A stretch of DNA of 64,000 nt from Antedon mediterranea. Its lineage: Eukaryota > Animalia > Echinodermata. Below are positions 48,590-61,290 of this stretch, in pieces. Both the position numbers and the translations under genes were made by a program. How positions within the stretch are numbered: position 1 is the stretch's first letter; each line of letters opens with the position of its first letter. The stretch is taken from positions 10,269,888 through 10,333,887 of the forward strand of contig NC_092676.1 in assembly GCF_964355755.1 (NCBI RefSeq). The letters run 5' to 3'. The notes beneath the pieces were generated by a model. That model was not told the DNA's origin and searched no databases. It was given only the letters and a program-made list of their open reading frames with translations.

Positions 48590-51169
48590 TACACCTGCCA
48601 ACTCTTACACATAATGTGTGAGTCTCGCGCATGAGGGCCGATTTGTTATCTGTATCAATAAAAAATGTTCAGAAAAACATTATTTCGAAATTAACTTTCC
48701 TATTTTGAAGGAAAAATTACCTTAATAGCACTACACAATTCCACGGTAAACGGAAAGACAGTTTTTCTCATAATACAACATTTTAAATGTGAGCATCACA
48801 AAAAATGCTATTAGTTATATCAACAAAATATTATTATTATATTTTAATATTATTACCTTCAATTTCCAGATATTTTATTTATAGCTACCATTTGTTTATT
48901 AATGATGAATATTAATTGGGTTGGTAACAGAAAGATGCTAAAATGGACATGAATTTTTATCTTAATGTGTCTTTTGTGTAACCCTATGAAGAGTGAATGA
49001 CTATTACCAAATTGCACAGTCACAAAACAACTACAACTTTTAATATATGTATCTCTCCCTATTATCCATAAATGGTGATGGTAGCAACATTTTGATTTGA
49101 TTTCTAGCAATCACACCATACTTATCTGTATAATCCTTAGCAATAAATACTTTACCTATTAAACTTATCACTTTTGTGAAGGTTTGTTACATAGATGTCA
49201 TCATGTATTTCTAATGCTACAAATTTGTATGATTTGTTGACTTTATTCTCTTTTAAGTATTCTACGAGAACAAAGTGTCCACATTGGGTAGGACGCTGAT
49301 CATCAATTAATACAGCAGCAGATGCAATGATTTCAGATGGTGTATCATTTGCATGTATGTCAGTGTTTGCATCATTTGTAAATGCAAACTGTTGGTAACT
49401 GTTGGATGTTGCATATTGTACAATATGTTTTCTTGCAGTTTTAACTGAATGAGTAATTTGAATATTGGCAACGACTTCACATCTGCCCACCTTTCATCAA
49501 GAATTTGCTTATTACTGTATCACCAACTTCACTAGCAGGTATAAATATAACCTTTATAGCAGTTGCTCGTTTGGATGCTTTTTGCAGCAAAGGACAGTTC
49601 ATCCTTGATGTAAGATCCGGTCTTGGTTGCTGAAAAGACCATACTGTACATTTAACTTGTCCACCAATGTCATCAAATGTGCCTTTGCCATGACTTGTCG
49701 CAAAGTAGTTCCATGTTGCTGCGATGTCATAATCTCCTTTGAAGTAGGTTAGATTTTCAAAGAGGAATCGTTTCTTTAATTGACTGGCTGCACCATTCGA
49801 AAAGAAGGACAGATTTCTTTCACGTCTTTGATACAGAAATGTCGCCACAGCATATTTTCCATGAACCAAATCATCGCTGACTATCGCATATGATTTAACA
49901 TCTTTGTAGCCAATATATACACACCCAGTGAATTTTGTTACCTGTTCATGATTCCAATGTCCACTTTGAATCTCATTTTGTTGAATGATTGCATAATTTT
50001 CTGCAAAATCCAATTGCACAACAACCTGCTGACCATGAGCTTTCTCTTTCTCGGTTTCAAAATGAAAACTTTGCTTTCTCTTGATATATGTGTGAACGAG
50101 GAATACTGGAAGTTATTTCTTTATAATGCTAATACATTTTTGTAGAGTATTATGTTTTACTATCTTAGTTATCCATTGAATCCATTCTACTTCAAGATCA
50201 GCTTTTCTGGAAACGTCTCATCAAACTTTAAACTTCAATTTTCCAAACATGCATCCTTCATTTTCTTGATCGCATACTACAGTGTCAATAAAGTCATGAA
50301 AGTGTGTTGATATGTTGTCTGACACATTCTTTTTAATGCATTCGAGAAGAAGCCCAATGTTTTCATGATATTTCCAGATACAAACATTATGTGGAAAATC
50401 CTGTGCAAGACTTATTACATGTGCTGGTCTGAGAGAACAAAATGCTGATAACCCAACTGGATGGTTAGGATTATCTTGACAATATAAAGCATGACATTCC
50501 TTCAATGTCATAACGTTGCAGGAATCGCTTCTGCATGTATTCTTTAGTACCATTGCTCCAAAGTATGGCTACATCTTTACGGTAGGGCTTTGCCATGAAA
50601 TGTCATTGTGGGAGTAGAAGGTAGGGACATAGTCGTATGTAGCATCTGACATCTTCCAACTTACTTCCTTTTTCCAGTGACTGGAATATCAAACTTATTT
50701 ATCAGAGTTCTGATAACTTTGCTTCATTTCTGGGGACTCTTTGGAAGCCTCTTTATAACACGGGTTCACAGCTTTCCACAAGCTCTGTTTTATGTAGTAA
50801 TCATGAGCTCAAGCTCAAAATCGTAGAAATCATAAAAGCGTAATAAAATACGTTTAAAAAAAAATGTGCAGAATGTGTTTTTATGATATTTTATAAACAA
50901 GAAGTGTTGTTAGATTTGTTTTTTTATACGCAATGGTACAACACTTTCCTATAATAACAATTATTAGGATTTTCTGTTTTAAAAATCATAATTACATAAT
51001 ACACATTTTTGGTACCAAGACGTATTAAAAACTATGGGATTAAATCTTGAAAATATAGAGGGCGTATTCCACGATTATTTTGAGTTATTATAACAATACA
51101 TAGAGGGCGCTATATACAATTTTAATTTAATGTCTCACCCATTGCCCACTGAACAAGTTGGCAAGTATA
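48590..51169. mobile_element. hAT-like element with TA(C/T)A(C)(C/T)TGCCAACT TIRs and 6-bp TSD
   Basis: ATATGC|TACACCTGCCAACT ... AGTTGGCAAGTATA|ATATGC. Confidence 0.8.
49152..50650 (-). pseudogene. Sola2-like DDD transposase remnant
   Basis: FYSHNDISW; LKECHALY..VGLSAFCSLRP..NVCIWKYHEN; DFAENY..QNEIQSGHW..SDDLVH..FFSNGAASQ..YFATSHGKGTFDDIGG; frameshifted. Confidence 0.75.
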
Positions 51170-52282
51170 ATATGCAGGCTGTGCGATGTTTAAATAAAGT
51201 AAAAAATCAATGTTCTTGTATTTTAAAAATTTTTTTATTACTAAGATATGATGCTACATTTCTATACTGTATTTTGTGCACAGTGTTTAATTTTATTTGA
51301 GTCATCAACACACAAGCCCCAAGCTATGCAATCGAGGACCTTCATTAAGGATGAATCTCACTATTTTTTTTTGCACTCGAATAAATCAAAACGAGTTTTC
51401 CGTTAGGAGGCTTATTAAATTGTACAGGCGAGTAGTTGTAAATCGCGTTATCTGTAAATGTACACGTGCCCGACTAAGGAGAATTTATTTTATGAATAGA
51501 CATACGCAGTAATTGTAATTACGAACAAACAAACAAACTGCGCATGTGTATAGATGAAAATATCGCGCAATAACAAACATTCTGCATGGACATTCCCAAC
51601 GTCGTGTAGTTCATTTGTGGTGTGTGTTAACGATGTTTTCGCGAGTGAATACGAAGCATATAAAACACAAATGAAAACTATTTATTCTTAATTATCTTAA
51701 AAGCGTAATATAAACATCAAAATGAGTCTTTGTGATATATTAATATTTTATTGACCAGTATTTGTTGGAGTTGTATTATTTTGTACAATGTAGGTATTAA
51801 ATTGAAAACTTCTGTGAGTGATTGATGATAGGCCACTGACTTTGCTAGCTAGGCCTTGACAGCTGACGGCTTTTGAACAAATTTTTTCGGCCTGATTTTT
51901 TTTTAAATCGCATGGTCGGAGTATAAGTCGACCCCCCGATTTTGAAATTAGAATTTTCCCACAAAGTCTCGACCTATACTCCGGAAAATACGGTAGTCAA
52001 AGTGGTTTTGAATGAGGGCATAGCAAAGAAATTTTTCGTTTGTTTTCTCTAAGAAAAGATGCTTACAAGTCTTTAAAGAAATTAAAGTATACCATTAATA
52101 CAGTATACTTTGGATTGTATTTGATTGTTGACTGTAATGTTGATTGTAATGTTTTTGTTTTTGAGTTTGTGTTGTGTCCGTTGGATATTGTGCTCCGCCA
52201 ACAGAGCAAACAGAATTTCTATGTTTTTCCTAAAACAAATGATAATAAATGATACTTGACTTGACTTGACTTGACACTGTCT

Positions 52283-52510
52283 TTATAGGGATTTCATCAC
52301 AGTATATACTTTAAAATCCCGACCATTTTCATTTATGTTTGGTTCCCAATAACATGGTCTCAGTTTTTCCCATATGGAGGGATAACTTGTTGTCAATGAG
52401 CCATTACAGGCCGACAATCTTGAACTCAGTCTTGAAGCTATTAGGCATGAGTTCTTTCCAGATAGTAAAAGAACGCTGTCGTCAGAGTATAAAATCAAAT
52501 TACAATTTAC
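52283..52510 (-). pseudogene. Short LINE RT fragment
   Basis: ILYSDDSVLL (YADD-like), then LIDNKLSLHMGKTETML after a frameshift. Confidence 0.7.
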
Positions 52511-53519
52511 ACTTTTGTTAATTGTGTATAATAAAATAACAGAATTAAATAATTAATAAAAAGCTGACTGTGAGATATAACATTCTTCTGACACAATAGT
52601 TTCTTTGTGAATTTCAAGTCTTTCATTGTGCAATTTTCTCATTCACAGTTTCATCTTTGGCAAACTCCAGCATCACAATTATAGAAGCAAGTTCTTTTCT
52701 TTGATTTGAAACAGCATCTCTTTGAAGGTGTTGGTAATATTGTTGAAGTTGTGGAGTAGCCATCTTCTCTAAAATAGCCAGGAGACTGTCTTCATTTCAT
52801 TCGTTATTGGCTACATACTCTTTCTGTACTTTCAGGCTTGCGGTGAGTTTTTGTTGACTACAGCACTCCATCAATGCATGTTGTCTATATAGAACCTTAG
52901 GGTCTGGTTTCTATTTAAAAAGAAAAAAAAAAGAACGGTTTCTTGGAAATCGATTTTGTTTATAAATAAAGATTGCATTGCAGGTTAATTTTTTACTCCA
53001 ATAAAACTGGTTCCATCCATGTGCGGTCGTTATGAATGTAGGTCATTATTACCCACAATGCAGTTCTTTTGGCGGAAATGCAATTGGGAATTTGTTTACT
53101 TTTTTCCGCCGACTCATTCACCCGATTCTTCAAATTCAAAATTAAATATGGATATCTTTACATTGCTAATGCTAAGCCTATATCTGAGAAACACTTCCCA
53201 GAGTAGCCTAGTTAAAAAGAACTGAACTTTTGGCGACAAGGTGCAAGAAGAAGACAAATGTTTGCAGGTGTGCTGATCATAGGGACGTCGGCTAACATCA
53301 TTTTTCTTTCCCACGAAACTGTCTGCCACGGGTCATTCCATGTCAAATCACCCAATGGGTTAAACCCTACTTTCTTCAAATTTGCTCAAATTTGGTTTTT
53401 GGGTTATTTTTAGCTAAAAAAACAGAAATATTTAATTTGGCACAAAGGCTCTGCGAAAAGAAATGGATTAATTAAAAATACTAATTCAAGTACTAAATTC
53501 TGAAGATATTTTGTTTACT

Positions 53520-54000
53520 TTCTGCATTGTAACGGTATTGCATCCAATTTGCTTTTTTGGATGCACGGATGCATTGTCCAGCTACTTGCAGCACAAGCAT
53601 GTTGTGCCCAAACTGCTCCACAGAGGGGTTGTCGTGAGAGCGACCAATACCTCGCTGTTTACAAAAGTATTCTTCTAAGGGGTCCTGGTTAAATTTGTCA
53701 CTCAGGATAAATTTTATTCCCTGGTCTGATGAAAGCAAGTTTTGTGACAGCTGCACGAATAAACGAACTGAGAAAAAAAAGTAGAATATTATGTTAACAG
53801 ACCTAAACCATAAGACCCTGAACCATAATAAGCATACATGACAACAATAATAAAAAATACTAGCATTACCATAAGCGTATACCAATGGTGGTTTGTGGGC
53901 TTAGAATCATCTTTTTTTTCATAGCTGGTGTGGCATCCTCTAAATTCTAAATTTGTTCTTCCCAGTCATCAAAAAATGACAAGAATTCCCCTCCAAGCCA
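53520..54000 (-). pseudogene. P-element/THAP9-like transposase C-terminal remnant (two exons)
   Basis: WLGGEFLSFFDDWEEQ..KKMILSPQT, then FILSDKFNQDPLEEYFCKQRGIGRSHDNPSV (QD.LE.YF..QR....DNP motif). Confidence 0.8.
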
Positions 54001-54137
54001 CTGAGAAACAAACAGTAAAGTAGATATGACAACCTTTTTTACACCAAACTATGATGACGTTTATGTTAAATAAAGTAAACATACTGTTTTTGTATATTAA
54101 ATAACATCTAAAAACAATGTTTTTTTATTACCAGTTA

Positions 54138-54297
54138 CAGTAGAACCTTCATTTTACGTACGGTACGGGACCAAAAGGCGTACGTAAAACAAGAGATTCG
54201 TAAAATCCAGGTTGACCTTAAATTGACCCCAAATACGTAGAGATTGTAGCTATAAATGCTACCGTGTTTGCCTAGGCCTACTTGACTGTACAGCATG
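54138..54297 (+). mobile_element. Left end of the 3729-5957 Tigger-like family
   Basis: TA|CAGTAGAACCTTCATTTTACGTACGGTACGGGACC... matches 3729-3868. Confidence 0.9.
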
Positions 54298-54313
54298 GAG
54301 TCCTCCTAAATAC

Positions 54314-54660
54314 CAAGACCTACCAAGACCTGTCAATTTGAAGTGTTAATTTAACGAAATATGATATATATAGACTTCTAATAGCATTTCCAACAATAAA
54401 ACCTCAATTTTAGTGCGATATAGACATCAAAAATGTTAAATAATCGACAAGCTTCGCGTTCGCGAAACGAACTGAGTTAATGCATACATTGCGTCACAAA
54501 TGGCCATATTGCGTCAACTAGTATGACCTACCAAGAACTACCAAGACCTGTCAATTTAAAGTGTTATTTTAACGAAATATGATATATATATAGACTTCTA
54601 TAGCATTTCCAATAATAAAACCTCAATTTTAGCCCGATATAGACACCAAAATTGTTAAAT
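54314..54660. repeat. Direct duplication, about 125 bp x2
   Basis: CTACCAAGACCTGTCAATTT..GACTTCTA..AAACCTCAATTTTAG..GTTAAAT at about 54320 and 54538. Confidence 0.85.
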
Positions 54661-55479
54661 GTAGGCCTACGGACACAGTAGGCCTACGACAGGAGAGCTG
54701 CGTCGAGTGTCAGTGACCCATACTATGTATGCGATTATTTAACATTTTCTAAACATTTTTGGTGTTTATATCGCCAATTTCACTAGAACCATGTGTATGC
54801 CAATTTGGTGTAATAGTTATGTAACCAGACTTTCAACAAACAATAATTTCAGTTGACTAACATTGGAACAGCAACGCCAAAAACAAACGGGCGAATTTTG
54901 AAAATATAGGTTTTTTAAAACTACTCGTATAACGAAACCTGTAAATTAAATCAAATTATGTTATAAAATTACAAATCACAAATTATAACTATTATAATTT
55001 CATCATATAATACATTACAAAGGAAAAACATAATCAAATAAAAAATTAAAATTAAAAGCAACAAACAAAAACAACAAAGATATCCATCTAACAAATTAAA
55101 TAAAGGTTCATAAAAATTATTCTACTCTCTAACCATTTCATATTTGATTTATAAATTCTTCTAATTTTATCCATTTTCTATTAAAAATACTGTCCTTAAA
55201 ATTCTGATGATAAATAAATTTTTCTGTTTCATAAAACCTTTTTAACTCGTTCATAACCACTTTGATAGTTGGCTTTCATTTAACTAGTTTACATTTATAA
55301 ATTATAACTCTTGCCTCTTGTACAAAAATGAAGTTTTTTGGACAAGTACTTCTCGAGAAAATACAATTTCAGTTTACTTGTTACTTTAGACTGCGTCGCC
55401 GGCTTTTGAAATTTCTTTCCTATCTTTTAACACTAGCAGGTCTTAAAACTATACTAAAAAGTGGTTCAGAATTGGGAAC

Positions 55480-55645
55480 GTGGTACGGATTTCCCCCACA
55501 ATTTAATGGTGTGTTCCTTGACCACAATCTATCTGTATTTTCATTTTAGTAAATATCTTGTAAATACTTTTTGACTAATCCTCCTTAGCAGAGGTAAAAA
55601 ACACAGGCCATTGACTACATATACCTCCTTGCCGGAGGTAAATAA
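55480..55645 (-). mobile_element. Helentron/DINE-like terminal fragment
   Basis: Terminal hairpin TACCTCC-TTGCC-GGAGGTA plus a partial second copy at about 55580. Confidence 0.45.
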
Positions 55646-57221
55646 TGTTCCTCCACAGACGATCAGGTAAACCCCGTATCACCCACTAACGTAACAATCA
55701 ACCACTAATATAACAGTAACCACTAACTAACTAACAAAAATCAACCACTGTAACAATTTCAGGAACTACTTGCGTAACAGTTTAGTGGTTAATTGTACAT
55801 TAGTGGCTGATTCTGATTCTTACGTTAATAGGTGAGATACAGACCCGACCCCTTGTTTGCAGAATAAACGATCCTGATCGTATCAATTCAGTTTCCAAAA
55901 TAATATACTATTTTTCCAAATTACACTAAAAATGTTTCACTTGTTTTAAAAAACAAATCAAAACCTATAGGCAACATCTGGTAAATAAATTAATAGCCGA
56001 AATTAACTTGATAATCTATCTAATTCTCCCTATAATACTGGAGTATTGTACGCAATATCCAGTCGTCTCAAGTCAATTTCGTCTAAGTCGACAGTTATGA
56101 AATGCAAACACAACACTCCCGGTTTCATTAAAACTCGATATAATTCAACAAACACATACATTCATTTCTAAACAATATTCTTTAATATTACGTAACAATC
56201 GTTAAACAACAACACTAAAATTTTTTAAATAATCTGTAGTCTGATATAAACTACAAAATTATAGTACTAATAATTGTTTAGTTTATATTTAGTAGTAAAT
56301 TAACCTTGCGTCATTGTGCAAAACTATATATACTACGCTACAAAAATACATGCATTACTATGCTTTTAAATAAGGTAAAAAAAAAAAATTATTGTGTTGG
56401 CCACGTTTTGGGTTTTTTTTTCAGACCAAAAATGTGTTGCCGGCAAATTAATAAACAATTTACACAAATGATACAAACAGATTTTTAAACACTTTTCATA
56501 TCACCCTAGCCTCATGCTAGCTATAATTGATTCAACAAAAGTTTAAAAAAGGTTTATTTAAAACTAGCGTTTTGAGGCAAAATGGCCTAGGCTAGCCCTA
56601 CTAGGCTCTAGCTCCATTTTTAAAGCCAACAAAAACAATCAAGATCGAAATAAACTATTTCTGTGTTATATGCTACATTACGCAAGTTTATATTATTCTA
56701 GATGAAAAATATTGACTTAAATTTATATAGTTTTATCCATACGTAATTACACTGGCATTAAAGGTTTAACATTAAAAATGTAGGCCGTTATGAGCCATAT
56801 TTAGGTATGTTAAAGAAAAATAAATGTTATTTGAATTTCAATCATTTTTATGTCAAAAAATAAATTTAAAAAATTGGTCAATTGGTTGTTTAGTTAGGGA
56901 TTATTTAGATATTTAATGTCGCCGATAATTTCTCAACAGATAGTATAGCAAATTTGTGACCTTTTTACATTAGTTTATTACAAAAGTTGCAGGACATGCT
57001 CTGAACATCAAATACATAACTACAGACATATATCAAGATGGATGAGCCTTGAATGATGTTTAATGTTCTACCCCTACCCCAAAATATAGATATCTGGGAA
57101 TGGGATAAGAGCGCATTTGTCCATGTTCTTCAGCAATGATTATTATATACTGTAATAGTTGCTTTTCCATACCTATATTAATGTAAATTCCAAAGTTAAT
57201 TTTCTAAATTGCACACTGCCT

Positions 57222-60200
57222 TTATTGGATGACCAGGTAACCTTGGGTAAAATCAATGGTTAAAGAGTACATTGAAATATTCCAGCTTTCGGCATCCTCA
57301 TCGTATATTTCGTCTGGACCCCAATATTGAATACGATATTTTGATTTTCCTCTCAAAAACTTCTTGACTCTCCCAGAATAGATAGTAATATCTTTTGTGC
57401 TTTCTTCATACCATGCATGCTGTAGAAAGCCTTTGAGTTCACCAGCTAGGATGGCCTCCATCCCACTTTGAAAAATCATCCACTCTGCATTTTCATTAAT
57501 CATTTCCGTTAGACCCTTTGATTTTAGCTCTTTCTCCAGTTTTCTTCTTTCTGCAATTCTTTTGTTTATTTCTTCCTCCACTTCTCTTGTGGTTTTCTTC
57601 CTTTCTTCTCTCCGATTCCTTCCTTTGACAGTCAATTTTAGAAGATTGATTTTGAATGGAAGATTAAGGTTCGCCAGAAATTCTGTTGTCTTATTTTTTC
57701 TAGCCTTGATGCCACATGCAAGAAAATCTAATGTCGCGTTTGGTTTCATGGTCTGTCTTGCGGAAAACATACCCATCATCTGCTCAGCTTCGATGTTGTG
57801 AAGCCGAGCAGATGATGTTTTTCCCCTTAGCTCATCCGAAATGTCCATCTTAGCGTAATTAGCATACTGTCGTACTAAAACCATCTTTGTTTTTGTACTA
57901 CAACTTCGCATCATCGTTGGAAACAAATCAACGTTGGTTGGTGGTGCCTGTAGTTGCTTGATTTCCACTTGTACAGATTTTATAATATCGTACTCATTAA
58001 AGTGGCTCAGCTTTGTTCCTTTCTCTACATAGAATCTGCTCATCCACAGAGAAGTAATCAGTTTCCCTATCAAAGCAAAAACATGCAGTTCACATTGAGA
58101 AAAGTCAGTGGAATATGACCGCTTCATAGCCCTGCATAATGTGGCACAACTCAAATTTGATGAATCAAAAAGATTTGTAAAAAATTTTTGCTCTGTGAAA
58201 CACGATATGCAGCCGGTTACCACAGAATCTTGGCAGGAAACCTTTTTGATAACCTCTCTCTTTCAACTCATTCTTGAAACCTCTTGGGTCGCCTTTCCCA
58301 TCTGCATACTGCATTTTACTAATGTTGTACACGATACGCTGAGTAATGCATCAATTGCTAAACAAGTCTTTTTGTTGATTGCCAGTTTCCTTTTCCATGT
58401 TTACAAGGACTGTTCCACAGTCTTTCGCTATTGATTCTAGTGGGTGGAGGTGACAGTTTAATTCAGTCAAGCTAACATCCCATTTCTTTTCGAGAAGTGT
58501 TATAGTAGAATGATTAACAATGACTCGGTCACTCATTGTTAAAGTGATTTTACCTATCAGCTGTTGTCGAATATCAGTAAATATGGTTTCTTTATAGACA
58601 GTTGTGTAGATGGATGCCATGCTATTGATACACTCGTCAATCTGCTCTAGGTAATCCAAGTGAGTTGCCAGTTCATCAAATGCGATGACCTTACAATCAT
58701 TCTCACTACTCACATAAACTCCATTGACATGAGTTCCTTTTTGGGTTATGGCATCAACCCCTATAGATAATTGATCTGCTTCCAACATAAACTTTGCCGC
58801 CTAGTACCCAGAAACAGCACCCAGCTCTCTGGCCATATTTTCCACTTAGCTACGTTTCGGAGCATTATGTTAGTCACCATTTGCCCAAATGTACATTTGG
58901 ATGTTACAATAAGATGCTCTATATGTTTTGTTGGAACACCCAAGTTCAACATGTAGAAAATCAACTCCCTGGTTACGTAACTGAATGTGTTGCCTAGCTT
59001 GCAATTCCACACACTGATGTTTTCTTTCAAGGCTTCAATTAACTTTTCTTTATAACTGAAGACTACATTTTGTATCCGTTTATCTACATAACCTGTTTGA
59101 TATTAAACTAAAACTCTAAAATCACAAATTGAGAACACGTCAATGCATGCAAAATAACAACTATTTAAAACTGCAATATACTACACTACAAAAATACATA
59201 CCATGCTTTTAAATCACTTCTAATGCGGTTAACAACCTACAGTATCTCCGTCAGTTTGATAGTTGACTTGGCAGGCAATTTAATCTCCAAATCAAAATCC
59301 AAACCCTCTGGAATTTTTAAAATTTCACCATCTTCGAGGATTACGTCTACGGGATATCTAAAAATGAAATAATAACAAAACAATGAAACATTAAAAAAAT
59401 AACATTGCAGGTTCTTTTTATAAACCAACACATTGACCTTCCTTATCTTTCCATGGATGAAACGGAAAACATCTTTCACGAAAACATTTGTATTATTATA
59501 GCCCTGCAGTAGAATATTTTGAATATGATCCCTAAATGCAATAGAATTCTATATAGGGTATTTACAAATTTAAGTACAGATGTGGTATTAATGAATTGTA
59601 CAATTACAATAATTAGTTACTGCAACTTACTTGATATACACTATCACAAACACTTTCATCTCCACTTGATATTAATATTTCAGCAAGCTGAAAATACAAA
59701 ATAAGCCAAGTTTTGATTTTTTTAAATGTAATATAGTACATTAATATATAAATTAGGGTTGATAATTAATGTTTAATAAAGACAGATTTTGAATATTTGA
59801 ATAGTGGGTATGTGTGAAATAAATACATACAGTATTTAGAAATATGATAAAAGTATACATACTGTATTATACAAAACTAATTTCTCTCCTTCCTGGTAAA
59901 TTTACCCAAAAAATTCATACTGTACACTAATAAAAAAAAAAGACACATTTGTAAATGTTCTAAAAGCTACACTGTATCTTAAAGAAAACAACAAAAACGT
60001 TTTGGAAACTCATAATCAATATCATCTTATATCAGTATTATCAACTTTATAGGCCTATCTGCATCTGGGCTTTCAAAAGCAATTATTCATAAACCAAATA
60101 AACACAAAATTACAAAATTTACCACTAAATGCCCTGCCTTTAAAAACACTGAGACCAGGATTGTATTCTTCTGGACCAAAATGCTCAAATATCTTGGCTT

Positions 60201-61290
60201 TTTTGTGCCTCTCTGTTTTTTTGTGTTTTTCCACAGATTCTGTAAATACAAAAACATACAATATTATCCCATAACAATTTCTAAAGTATGGCCTAAAAAA
60301 GTAAAAATATAGGCAATTCATAAGACAATTATCTTTTAAATACTCGTAACTTTAAGAAGATTTGCTGACTTCATCAGTGCTAATTTTCAATCTCTGTCTT
60401 GAAATTGTAGATAATAGTTAAAAAAATAATTCAAAAAGTGTTTAATGTATATAAACTATACAATCATATTATTCAGCTCAATATCATTCATTCTGTTCTA
60501 TTGGATGTTGTAAGAGTTTAAGAAATGTCAGTCCATTTTTTAATATTATTACACACAGTATAATCGTAGATAAACATTCTAAAACATAAGACTAACCTGC
60601 ACGGTTCCCCTCGTCACATTTGGATACAACTGGACACCCAACTTCTGTTAGCAATTACATGTATGATTCCCAGTATATGCAAAGTACACATCTGAGTTTC
60701 CACATCCAAGGTTACAGCTTGGTTCCCACTAGAACGTAACGCAAGGACGTAAACGCAACGTAAGCGTTTTAACCAATGACAAGCGAAGTTATAGACAGTT
60801 AGCAATCACAAGCGAATAAGCCATCGCTTGTGATTGGTCAATTCACTTGCGTTGCGTTACGTCATTGTGTTGCGTCGCTAGTGGGAACTGCAACTGTCAT
60901 TCTCTATTGAGAAGAAAAGAAAAAGTAATTAAAAATAAATCTGATAACAAGAATAAAACAAACTAATTAAAAGAAACAACATTACTCTTCAGCAAGTAAA
61001 CAGATTTAAGAATGCCTGATGAGTTTGTCTGGATATTAGCAAAAGCGTTTAAATGCAATAAACTAAATACAATTTTGAAAATGAAAGCACGATAAACTTA
61101 CATTTTCAATTGAATTGACATACCGATTTTGTAAAGGTAGTCACGAATTAAATCAAAAACTTCCTCTTCTTCTATCGAAAAAAGCAAGCTAAGCATTGGT
61201 AAAAACACCGGTTTTCATTCCCCGGTGGGTCAGCTTTCAAAGTAAGTCCTCGCTTTTTTGCTTCGAGAAGGCACAACACCCAGTCATTGT
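57222..61290 (-). pseudogene. Decayed multi-exon hAT-superfamily-like transposase with a possible N-terminal OTU-like domain
   Basis: IGVDAITQ (D), MSDRVIVN (D), LNCHLHPL (CxxH) and HNIEAEQMMG..PNA (E) across three frameshifted ORFs at 57222-59030; upstream exon-like segments at about 59240-59357, 60120-60240, 60595-60715 and 61100-61290. Confidence 0.7.
60716..60888. mobile_element. Small Harbinger-like MITE, right TIR truncated
   Basis: AGCTTGGTTCCCACTAG..AACGCAA ... TTGCGT..CTAGTGGGAAC. Confidence 0.7.

Larger units (their letters stand above)
48473..51230 (+). mobile_element. Internal fragment of the 3729-5957 Tigger-like family, interrupted by 48590-51169
   Basis: CAGCATGCAG..TGGTCACTAGCTAGGC (48473) and CAGGCTGTGCGATGTTTAAATAAAGT..ATCAATGTTC (51175) match 3862-3986. 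Confidence 0.8.
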
